From positions 992,001 through 1,056,000 of the forward strand of contig JAMWBK010000007.1 of the NCBI GenBank assembly GCA_029953675.1: a DNA stretch of 64,000 nucleotides, written 5' to 3'. The position numbers were made by a program, and so were the translations under genes. This stretch comes from Rhodosorus marinus CCMP1338. Its lineage: Eukaryota; Plantae; Rhodophyta. This document shows positions 24,911 to 35,937 of this stretch, piece after piece. Below the pieces are notes generated by a model. The model had not been told where the DNA came from. It did no database searches and saw only the letters and a program-made list of their open reading frames with translations. How positions within the stretch are numbered: the first letter of the stretch is position 1; each line of letters starts with the position of its first letter.

Positions 24911-27638
24911 TTCCCTTGTACCAAAAACAATTTGCACTTTCCAACACGCAGTCAGTGCTACTCAAACTTCTTCAAGACTACCCACCAAAAAAACAGCCGC
25001 CTCGGAAGCTCCCCGTCCTCACCAGGAAACCTTCTTCAACCTTTTCTCGAAGCAGGAAGTCAATCACACAGCCCTTTGTTCCATCCACGTCGCCAGAGCA
25101 AAGACGAAAAAGCCGAACTAAAGCACGTATCAGACTCTTTAACAAGAGACCAAACTATTTCCCAAATCCACCCTCAGCTCCAGCGAGAAGAAAGGAAATC
25201 GTCAGACGCACGCGACTCGTGTTCCCGAAAGGATCCTAAAGAAGAGATACACAACCAGAAGAAATCCTCCCGTTCTCACTCCGCGTTCACCTAGATCGAT
25301 CGCCAACACGAGACCTCCAGAACGAAATTCTGAAGCATGAGAATGATGGCAAAGAGTCCTCGTCCTCATCAAGAAGATCCGAAGCGGCTTCGGCCAAGAA
25401 GGCTACAAAGGAACCGCAGCAAATATTGGCAAACCGGACAGACAGGGAGAAGGCTTAACTGTTCCTCACGTTCGCCGAATCGCTTCGACCTTGTTCTTGA
25501 AGAAGATCATGAGAGCAGTAGAGATGAGTGGAACCACCCCGTTGATGACATCCTGTCGTGGTCAGATGGTAGCAGCTTGCGTCTGACGCATTTTACGAAA
25601 CAACGTCGTATCGTTTCTCTAAGAGACTACTAGAACAAAGGGTCGCAATGAGTCAGTGTGCTGAGTGAGGATCGTTTGGGGGTCTGGAGAATGCGAAGAC
25701 TGTGAAGAAGCCAGAACTGGAAATTCAACTCGCGTATTGTCCCCAGGTGGGGAGGTTGTGTTGCTGGAATTAGGTCCTGGAGCATCCGCGTGCACTAGAT
25801 GCCGACTTTGTTTGTCGGGGGGCACGCACGGGGCTCCAATATTTGGACCACTCATTCCTATCTGGGTTCACTGGTTCCCGCGCCCTGGGAACTCTCGACT
25901 GCATTCTGTCCACCTGTGTGGATTCGTGTGAACGAGCTGCCCCAACAGATTAGGGTGTTCTCTTGTCCCGTGGTCTGTGTTCCCATCCCTTTCGCGTTTG
26001 CTGCCTTGTGTCAAACCTCGATTCGAAGCACCCCAGCTATCAATAGGTTGCCCGCAAAGGGGCTGCACACCGTGCGTGGTGGCCGCGCGTGCGTATTGAG
26101 GGGAAAAAGGAACATTGCATGGACCATATGGTTTGCTAGACGAAAGGCAGGTATCCCCACTGCGTAGTCCTTCGGTAGGTATTTTCAAAAACAGGGGAAT
26201 TTCAGACGGGATGCGGTCCTACTTGCCAGCTGAGAAACCCGATTGCTACATTTCAATCAACCTTCCTGCTCCCAGCAGCGGAGAACTCCTCAGGCACCTA
26301 AACCATAACAGTCTGATGCATGATCCTTAAATCGGATGTATCCACTGCATCGACCTTGAAAACGATGTAAGTGGCGTGTGGTTCCCACATTATTATATAG
26401 TGCTAGAGATAGCGTTGCGCTGCAGTAGTCAGCTGCCAAGTAAAGTTTACGGCTACCAGATATTCCAAGCGCCGAACGACTTCATCCCTGACGACCGCCG
26501 TTTGTGGCTCCTAGCTAACCCTTACCAACTGATCGCCACAGATCCTAAGCATCCGATTTCCATATTCCGATAGAAAAAAGACATAGACACGCGCAATAAA
26601 ATAATTTGTTTATTTTCTTGAAAACGGACGCGTGCAGATATTTAATTCGTGAGAAAAGGAAAAATGAGGCAAAATATTTACAATATACATACAGTAAGAT
26701 CAGATCCGACAAAAAGCAACTGTACGGATGGTGGCCAAGCTCTTTGTTCTCCAAAATGCGAACATTGTCTAGCCAATTAAGACCCCATTTCAAATTACAA
26801 ACAGGCTGTCCATAACGGGATGATGAGATTTGTCTGATTTAACATGGGTCATGGAGGGGGTAAAATTGTATCAATTTGTCTAATCAAGCATGATAAAAAA
26901 TAATTTTAGAGAAGATAATGAAATATTCGCTAGTTATAGAAGGGGGGTGATATAGTAGGGTATGGTGGAATCATGTAATAAAGAAAATTGGATAAAAAAT
27001 GAATACCATTTCAGGGCGTTCTGAAATGTGTTTCGTTTCGATTCCCAATGGACAGGATTTATCTGTTTATTTTAAAATATTTTGAGGGTTAGAAATGTGA
27101 CTGAGCTCTGAGAAGATGAAGGAAAAAATTTGACCTCGTAGGGCTTTCCGGGAGTGGAGGGGGTTAAGTACCGGTACGATGTCGCTGATACAGATTTCTT
27201 TCATGAGAGCTCGGCACTGTGAGCGTTTTGAGGTTTTGAACGTAGTCAGATCTCGAGCTGCGGCTCCTTGCTCTGGATGGGGATGACGTTTTTTTTTCTG
27301 GAACGTGAGTTGCATAATTGGTTCACGTATTGTCGCATGCCTTCCCCCCAACACCCCTCTGATGAAAGTTTCAACTGCCCTGAAGATGAGCATTGTAGTT
27401 GGACGAGCATTTTCAGTTTTGGCCACTTCAAGAGGATAACGATGAGTTTTGTTTTACTTAGAGCGAAGTTGAGGAAAAACTTATAATTGTAAATAAGTAA
27501 ATAAGGCTACTGGGATGGATTGAACACGATGATCATCCCTGTACTTTTGGTCTGCGGTATTAACAATCATAGGACAGGACGATAGCAGGCGCATGTGTTA
27601 TGTACAAATCACATAGAAAAACTCTCGTAGGAGCTCAA

Positions 27639-28019
27639 TCAGACCATTTGATCCTTGAACTTGTTGACCACCATCAGTCCGGCAAAGATACATTCGTATC
27701 TGTCGACGTCCACGTAGATCTTTTTCGGCACCCTGTCCTTCAGAGAAGCGTTCGTGCGAACTTTCTTCCCGACCCTTCCGGTGGCCACTCTCGCGGAGGG
27801 GATACCGTTCCTCTTCGCCTTCGCGGCGGCTTCCCTCCTCGTCGAGGAATCAGAGCTACCTGCAGAGTTCTTATCATCAGAGTCTCTCAACTTCAGCGCA
27901 CCCTTCTTCCATCTCAACCCGCACGCATTGCAAAGCGACTTCGGACCGGGCGGTCCAGCCCGCCACATCGGGGTACTCGTTGCCCCACAATTCACACATA
28001 ATCCCTCAACCATACTCAT
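27639..28019 (-). CDS. GATA-type zinc finger transcription factor (C-X2-C-X18-C-X2-C)
   Basis: [32 protein letters not shown]. Single exon, ATG at 28019. Confidence 0.92.
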   Translation of the reverse strand: MSMVEGLCVNCGATSTPMWRAGPPGPKSLCNACGLRWKKGALKLRDSDDKNSAGSSDSSTRREAAAKAKRNGIPSARVATGRVGKKVRTNASLKDRVPKKIYVDVDRYECIFAGLMVVNKFKDQMV

Positions 28020-28469
28020 CCAAAAAATACTTATCAAAATAAGTCAGACTATCCCTTCCTTTCCGTTTTCACCCAGCTACAACCACGTACCTCCAACTGC
28101 CCCCCCCACCCATTGCACCTCCATCCCGAATCCGCCCCACTCTTAAGTAGCTCTTTCCCTCCCTCGATGCTCCTCAAAGGGACATCGAAGAAACCCAAAA
28201 GATCAGCTAGTATATCATCCTCTTACCATTGGCTAAAATTAGATTTACTCCACCCAACCAAATCATCTGTTTCCACCAAATCTCATCGTTTTCATCGTCA
28301 ATACAACCAATTTTATAAACCATGTTCTAACCAATGATATCACAATAATCACCCCTAAATACGGAGAATTTGGACGGGCAAAATCGAGAAGTTTCTTCGG
28401 CCCAAAAACAGGAAAAAAATTCACACAAAACTGCCCGTTCAGTGCTAAGTCACCTTCCAAAAAACAAAG

Positions 28470-28690
28470 TTTAACTTGACTGAGAATCAGTCAATATATT
28501 TATTCGTTTAATTGAATACTTATTAGATGCTGTCGGTATTAAGTTATAGCGATAATTTCAATATTAGAGAGGTATATAGTATATAAATTATTTTATAATG
28601 GAAATAAATGAAGGGATGTATTGTTTAATTAGTAATATACGTATTATCATTTATTTATTATAATATTTATATGGTGTGTAATTTTTTTCC
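28470..28690. promoter_or_regulatory. AT-rich island, probable nucleosome-depleted promoter region upstream of the GATA gene
   Basis: Abrupt, strongly AT-rich block in an otherwise roughly 50% GC window. Similar blocks lie upstream of other genes (about 1850-2050, 8400-8700, 21590-21810, 53960-54080). Function is inferred. Confidence 0.45.
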
Positions 28691-30052
28691 GTTGGGAGGT
28701 TACGACGTTGATAGAGTACCTGACAGTTAACTGGCTCTCAGGATACGAGGTGGTTACAGTCAACACAGGGGATGGGGTGGATTTGAGTACCGCTGTGAGG
28801 GCGTGCGGTAGGGACGGTGGATTGCCAGGAAACGGTCAACGTCAGGCGGCTTGGCTTTTGTTGGATATTTTGGGATCGTCCGTTGTCGACCTCGTTGTTG
28901 TACGCTTTTTCCTTTTTTTGTTCAGTGGAGGGGTATCCCTTTGTATTATCGGTAACGGAGGCGGCTGTTGAGCTCGATCGGTAGTGGGATCTGGATGGGG
29001 AGAGCCATGCTTGATTGGTAGGTGAGAGTTCTTCGTAGAGGCTAGATTTCGCTCTGGACTGCGTTGAGGAGTGGTTTCTCTGGGGCTGGTGGCGTTGTCG
29101 ATGTTGTGCTTGTCGTCCTTCTGGCGTGTGTTGAACTCCATTTGGCCGGGCTGAGGGAGACACATGAAGAATTAGGTTTGGATCGCCCCTGGGATCTGAC
29201 TGCCTTCAAGCTCGTGCGAAGTGGAAGGTTTTCCGCAAGATCTGCGTAACTTGTGACCTAGAATATGCTCACTGGCAGAACAGGATTGGCAAACGCAAGC
29301 GTCAGCATCGGCACTCTCGTCATGCGTCCCCGTTGCAGGAGAGTTCATTCGCGAAAGCTGTACAGCTTCATCATTCATGTCGAGAACGTTCATGTATATT
29401 GCGGATCATTCCACGATGGCTATTATTCTCAAGCACGAGCTTCCAAAATCCACCTGGTCCGTATCCGTCTCGTCCTTATCTGTGCACTAGACGTGAGCTT
29501 CATACAAACTGAGACGCAGCTACGATGATGCATCCATTCAAAACGGTATCAACAGCCCTCGAAACTAGTGCGGTTACGTGTCTTTTCCTCGCATTCAAGT
29601 CAACAGCAATAACGTCCAATCTTCACAGCTATCTTCCCAGGAATTTAGAGAGCTGCGCAACCCGCTTTGAACTCACACCGTGACAGCTCCGCAGGAAGCT
29701 TGAGAGAATCACTGAGCTTGCTACGCTCGGTGTTCCCCAGAGCACTTCTCAAGCAGTCCTAAAACACATTCTTCTCCTTTCTAATTCCTGGTATATGTCA
29801 CACCTGTGGCTCCCGCAGTGCTGCTCAACTACGTTCATGGCTCTCACATTCAAAGTCGAACCCGGTCGCCAGGGACCTCACCAGTTTTATGCCAAGTGAT
29901 CTATCTAGTACTCTAAACTAACTACTATGACGTACTACAACGTACTGGTGTGAAGGAGTCCGTGGACGTCTTTTGCGGAAGTTGTGGGGCCGGTGGTGGA
30001 CAGCTTGGTCGGAGGTGTTGATAGAGACGACTCTTGATTACTATCTCACAAA

Positions 30053-30645
30053 ATGGAGGAAGATTTTTTAGCCGATCTAAGGCTCTACAAGCCCTTTACG
30101 ATGCCTCTTCATGGGGTACCGTTCGGGTTGCTGGGTAAGTGTCGTTCCCAACTAATTGTTGCGTATCGGGTTTTGGTTTTTGTGTCTGAAAGGTTTGACC
30201 CGTTGGTGCTGAACTGCGTTCGTCCGTAGCTACTATTTTTCTGTGTTTAGGACTAGGATTTGCGGGTTGGTTCATGGCGTAAGTCTTCGAGCCAAATGAA
30301 ATCGAGTAGATCGCTTTTCGGGTTTGCTTTGATAGATCGAGCCGTGATGATCTATTGTACTTTACATAACTGTTTTAAGCTGATCTACTTGAAGATATCT
30401 TCTTAAGTATTCTGAGCTCGCTTTCGCATTCTTGGTTTTAGCCCTATGCCCACCAACGCGTTGACCACATGCTCTGTCAATACGCTTACGCTTGTGTTTG
30501 TGGCTGCCGACTCTACAGGACCGTGGTGACCTCAAATAAGTACAACAAGAACATTCCTCTGGAGCTGGTCTACGCGGGGATCTCTTCGATATTCATGTCC
30601 TTGGGTATTGTAATGATGTTGCTGGCAAACGGCGTCTGGATCTGA
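30053..30645 (+). CDS. TMEM258: TMEM258/OST5-like oligosaccharyltransferase subunit (about 79 aa), absent from the ORF track
   Basis: Exons 30053-30134, 30251-30278 and 30519-30645 (introns GTAAGT...AG) translate to MEEDFLADLRLYKPFTMPLHGVPFGLLGLGFAGWFMATVVTSNKYNKNIPLELVYAGISSIFMSLGIVMMLLANGVWI. Size, two TM helices, TSxKY and the C-terminal GVWI match TMEM258 as recalled. Confidence 0.88.
30338..30420 (+). ncRNA. Intronic box C/D snoRNA (candidate guide for the 18S A99/A100 region)
   Basis: Terminal stem CGAGC (30338-42) / GCTCG (30416-20). Box C GTGATGA 30344-50, D' CTGA 30380-83, C'-like TTGAAGA 30389-95, box D CTGA 30412-15. The guide ATAACTGTTTTAA is complementary to TTAAAACAGTTAT. Confidence 0.8.
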
Positions 30646-31517
30646 TTTAATCAGGGCAACCGCGAGGTTCAGATGATGCTGAACTTTTCAGAATCTTTGA
30701 AGCAATCGTATCCGTAGACTCAGTATCGCATCCAGCTGTAGTCGAGAGAGGAGTGAAAGAAGAAATTCGGATCCCAGGTGATCATCCAGTCAGCGTACAT
30801 TGCTAGAAGTCCCGCCCGAGTACAAAATTCCAAGCACAGCACTTGTTGCCGGAGGTGACTTCTTGCAGGCGAGGCCGCAGCGAAGTTCTTATCTCAGGGA
30901 GAGGTGGATGAAGTGCGGTCTATCTAACCTCTCGCGACGGCGACGTGCATCAACCCAAGCCGCCGGTGAAAAAATCGCCAGAGAAAATCTAAACATATAC
31001 CGATTCAGTGCTTTCGACGTCCATGAAAGGATTCAAGTGCCTTGAATTATACTTCTACACCTTCTCCAGCATAGATTCTCTTTCAGAAGCATTCTCACGC
31101 CCGCATCCTAAACTCTCACACCTCAACTGCAACATCTGATCCAGTCAAAACTCGCAAGCATAAATAAGCGTCATCTGAACTAAAAAGATTGAATAAGCAC
31201 ATCATTTCTGGAATACAATATAATCTAGTCATTATTGATCAAGACAATCGATCTGCGGATGACACTTCACAGAAATCTTCAGAATGTACAAGCACACACT
31301 CCAGCAAGATCATGAGTATGGAGCTCGAGCGGGACGAACGATCCGAGAATACGTACATACTTTCGAACGGACCCTCGACGAACTGCTGAAGTATGAACCG
31401 GACTGCATGTCTGACTCTATGATAGTGCCGGCTTTCGTAAAAGAGTGATCACGACAAGCCCGAGTTTACGTAGCATCAACCAGACCAACCAATACAGAAG
31501 ACGCCATTTACGTGGCA

Positions 31518-31832
31518 ATGACCATCCCGGAAGAGAATAAGGAGTCAGTTGAGCAAGACCAAGGCTTCGAGGTACCGCTGCATGGCTACGAGCTTGGGAA
31601 AGCCCCCGTATCAGCAGTCGTTTATAACCGTGGCAGTCGGAACGGGGAGGAGCCAGTCCAGGAGGAGGTTTACCAGACCAATGGTAGTAAGAGAACCACG
31701 GTGGAAGATACCGCCATCGGACAAGTGATTTCAGAGTACGAGATGTACTCCTCAGGCCACCAAAGTAAGACAAATCCGGTGCTACAGCTACCTGCGCGAT
31801 TCGCAGGACGAGCGGTGGAAGTCCCGCACTAG
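31518..31832 (+). CDS. Small acidic hypothetical ORF (104 aa) forming one arm of an inverted duplication
   Basis: Open ATG-to-TAG frame with Glu-rich composition. No family recognised. Confidence 0.25.
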   Translation: MTIPEENKESVEQDQGFEVPLHGYELGKAPVSAVVYNRGSRNGEEPVQEEVYQTNGSKRTTVEDTAIGQVISEYEMYSSGHQSKTNPVLQLPARFAGRAVEVPH

Positions 31833-32253
31833 CTGCGGATTTCTGTTACCTTGGAGGCCTGCGGAGTACGCCTTGTATTCTGAAATCACAATCCCCGCAG
31901 TCTGTGATGATCGAATGCCACCGTGAGCACAGCGAGTTTCCACATCGCGCGGCGCTGGGCGGTGCGAGCGCACTCTTGGGATTTCCAGGCAGTAAGACAT
32001 TCTACACACATGCTAACCGCATCGATCAGGGCTTGGACATCGTTTGTCCTGCTACTGGCGCAGGGAGCTGTAGCTGGGGACTTGTGTTACTTTGGAGGCC
32101 TGTGGAGTACATCTCGTACTCTGAAATCACTTGTGCGATGAAACTGCACCTTCCACCGTATCGGAAGAGCTCGCAAGCACCGTTGACACGGTGGCTCTCT
32201 TAGTACCATTGGTCTGGTTCAGCGTCTTGTTCCGGAGCCTCCTCCTGGACTGG
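31653..32253. repeat. Nested inverted duplication (arm A plus two antisense copies)
   Basis: 31715-31777 matches the reverse complement of 32078-32140 at 58/63 nt, including a 31-nt perfect run. The match extends to 31653-31809 versus 32047-32253 with indels. A second antisense copy lies at about 31836-31889. Confidence 0.92.
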
Positions 32254-32255
32254 CG

Positions 32256-33290
32256 GTAGTCACTTTTTAGTTTCTGTCTTCTTTGAGGGGATAGTTTGGA
32301 TGGGATCGACCAGGTAGAGAGCTTGGAAACGGGTTGAAACCGTACTAAGATGTTGCTGTGTCTCTAGCTGGTTGGGCTTCGTGTGAGGTTTGGTCGCTGT
32401 CGAGGACTGCCGTTAATATCTCTAGTCACTCTTTTAGTTTCCGTCTTTCTTGAGGGGACGGTTCGGATCGGATCGACTACGTAAAGAGCTTGGAAACGGT
32501 TTGAAACCGTCCTAGTATGTTGCTGCGTCTCTCGTTGGTTGGGCTCGTGGAAGGTTTGGTCGCCGTGGAGGTAGGCCGTTAATATCTATAGTCACTTTTT
32601 AGCTTCCGTCTTGCTTGAGGGGATGGTCTCGGTGGGATCGACTATGCATAGAGCTTGGAAATGGGTTGAAGCAGAAGCCGTGCTAGCATATTGCAGGGTC
32701 CCCTAGGGTCCCTTAGTCGGGCTTGGGGTTAATTTTGTGTTTGCAAATGAACGTAGAAGGATAAGGAGCGTGAGAGGGTGGACTTCGCTCGAGGTTTGGC
32801 CGGTGAGGAGGAAGATCGTCGGTACTAAAGTCACGTTTTAGTTTCTTAAGGGGATGGTTTGGGTGTAATTGACTAGGTAAAGAGCTCGAAAATAGGGTTG
32901 TTAAGCAGAAGCCGTCTAGTATATTGGGTCTCTTGCTCGTTGGGCTTGGGGATGCTTAGTGTGGTTGCAAATGAACGTAGAAGGATAAGGAGGATGTGAG
33001 GGTGGGCTTCGTGAGAGGTTTGGTCGGTGAGGAGGAAGGTCGTTGATATCTATACTCAGTTTCTAGTTTCTGTCTTTTTTTAAGGGGATGGGTTGGATGG
33101 GATCGACTAGTTAAAGAGCTTCTGAATGGGATTAAGCTAGTTAAAGAGCTTCTGAATGGGATTAAGCAGAAGCCGTACCAATATATAGCAGGGTCTCTTG
33201 TTGGTTGGGCTTGGGCATCTTTAGTGTAGTTTGTAAATGAACATCGAAGCATAGGGAGGTTGTGGGGGTGGGTTTTCGTGAGAGGTTTGG
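32256..33290. repeat. Degenerate tandem array, 5 copies
   Basis: The AGTCAC(T/G)TTTTAG(T/C)TTC anchor occurs at 32258, 32424, 32590, 32829 and about 33054 (spacings 166/166/239/225). There is a perfect internal 30-bp duplication at 33107-33166. Confidence 0.9.
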
Positions 33291-35937
33291 TCCCCTTTTG
33301 GGCTTTTTGGGGGTTGTGCGGATGATAAGGATATGGTTTTAGATTGGGCAGGAGGGGTATGCTGAACCGTTGGTAAGGTGTTCTGGTGTGTTGTGGGTTT
33401 GGAAACTGAAGGAGGTTTAGAGGTGTTTGCGCTGGCTGGGCTGTGGATTTGCTGGTGTTTGTCTTGTCTGGGAGAGAGATCGAGAGATTAGCGTTTGTTT
33501 GATCTTGTAAGGGACAAGGAAGAACGAGACGTTTTGGACTATTGGTCATCGAGTTGTGTTTGAGTTAGGAAGCAAGATGTAGTTGGGCAACATAGGCTGA
33601 TCTTCCGCGGGGAGATTGAGTGCTTCGGGCGCTTGATCTCTGCTCGCAAGATGAGCTTCTGTTGGGTGACTACATCACTTGCTTCCTTTCTTTGACGAGC
33701 TCGTTGCATCACGCTTTGGACGGACACTAGTAGCAGCAACGCGAATCTTGGAATCTTGATCTGGGCTGAGAAACGGGTGTATCTTATCCGCGCTCTCCCA
33801 TATGCTCAAGTTACAAGATAGTGACTAGATTTTATTCTATTAGTTTCTTATCTGGCCTTAGTCTTTCCAAGCCTGGCCGGACCCACGCTTTCTTCCGAGA
33901 ATGAGCGATTTTCTGTTCTTGGTCAAGAAGACCTGACGCTTGCGGGACAGCTCATCGGACTTGAGCAAGAAAGAGATGGTTGAGACGGTTTGCCACCAAA
34001 TCTTATCCGTCGCAAGAAAATTCCGTGAAGAATATGTCTGGACAAAGACGGACGAACCCTCTCCTTCAGCCTCCTTTTTTTGCTACGAGATTGGAGGCAA
34101 GCCGCAGTCTTCGAGGGCTTCAAAAATGAGACCTTCCGAGGATAAGGGTGATGAAAGTAACTTTTGCAAATCATGAGAGGAATCTTGCTATTTTCCTGTT
34201 CCTAAGATACCGCTCAAGGTCGCGAAGCACGAGCCACGTAGCTCGTTCTAAGCTCTCGGTTTTTGAACTGTTTGAGAACAAAATATCTGCTCCTTTTGTC
34301 CCGCTTTACACTTTCCACGCAAAGATGATTTTCTGTGGTTGTCTTTTCATCTTCGGTCAAAAGTGGAGATCTGCTGGGCACGTGTCAAGGCACCTGCCAA
34401 GGCACCTGTCAAGGCATGGAAAGGTACATAAGCGTATGATGGGTGAAATTGGTTGGGGGATGGTGGGGGTTGAGAAGAAAGGAGGGTGAACGATAGGTGA
34501 AGAGCTCAGCTGTGTATCATCTGAAATATTTTCTTGTCCTCATCGACAAGAAAATACTTTCGGTTTTTTTTTTGTGGCGGAGAACGGGTTCCTTAGATGA
34601 GAGAGCGAATTTAGCTTGCAGTCAAAAAACATATGCTTGATGTCCGAGCAAGCCCAAGGGAAGGATCTTGAAGCCCTTTATCTTTCTCGTGCTTACAAGC
34701 TTGTGCTCGTTGACCAAGGTTTTCCTTTTCTTTCTTTTTTTTGCCACTGAGCAAAGCAAAAAGGAAGAAAGGTGGAAATTCAGAATTTCGTTTTGAACTT
34801 TCGTGTTAGATGCAACCTTCGCGTTCCAGTTCTGCACGTGTCGGCAAAGTGGGCACGCATGAACGAATATCTCACGAGATCATGGAACCAATCATTTTTT
34901 CATCTTCAGTTCGAGAGGTGGGTGCTAGTCGACGTTTCTCAGTTCAAGGTCCACTCTCTACGTGGGCCCTTGAATTGTAGAGATGCCATTCAGACGACCC
35001 TGCTGTCGTACAAAGTCCATATCTCGTCATGTGTTTCTGGTTTCTGAGGGGTATTTTGCAATGTGGATGTACAAGAAACGAACTTTGTTGATGAACAAGA
35101 AAGCAACTTCTTGGATATCACAGAAGATCAGAATTCGGCTGAAAGGATGAAAGGAGACGAGAGGATTGCCGCGGCAAGTTTTGATACGTACACGTACACG
35201 TTCACACGGCCATGTTCGAGCATGAGGAAAATGATCTGATCCAGTCAAGATATTTCTTCGCTGTAGCTCCTTTCTCAAGTGAAAGTTTGCCGGATCGGTA
35301 GAGCACTAACGGTTTCTGGAAGAGGTTCAATTTACCACACTTGATATCTACTACGACGGGAAGTTATCAAACGGTGAGGGATTGACCTGCTCTGACAGCG
35401 TGGGTACTGGCCTGGCTTGAACGACGAAGTGGGGGAAAAGCTTTCTATCTGATTTAGAAATCGCCGAGGTTCTCCACGATGCAAGTTGTCGGACTCCGTA
35501 TCCCCGGGACAGAGCGAAAGGCTAGACCTTCGAAGCTTGAGTCCAGTTTTCTACGTTTTGATTTCGATGAAAGAACACACGATCAACCGCGTATCGTCTT
35601 CGAAACGGATTGAAGGACATCCCTGATCTAGCTCTCCAGTGAGTTGTGCCACGATATGACCGACGATTCTTCATCTTGTTGAAAATTTTTTGTACGACTA
35701 AGTCGAAACAGGATTATGCCAATCCCATTGAACCTAATATTTGAAACTGGCCGGACTATCTCACAAACTCTACTGCAGTACGTCAATGCATTGTTAAAGA
35801 TGGTTGATGCGGTTTCCGGTTGCTGCTGTTTAGAGTCGTTCCAAACGGCTTCCTTGAGTGACCGCGTGAAAGAAAAAGGGTCTGGTGCAGGAAACCCGGG
35901 AGGTTGAGTTCTGGCTGTAAGGAGTTGTGAGGAGAAG

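Noticed and set aside
28738-29393. Overlapping minus-strand ORFs with low-complexity and NLS-like segments
   Set aside because: No family motif, no consistent splice model, and competing frames. Left unannotated.
31900-31935. GTGATGA flanked by a CTGTG/CACAG stem, as a second snoRNA
   Set aside because: Only about 31 nt long, with no box D (CTGA) and no guide region.
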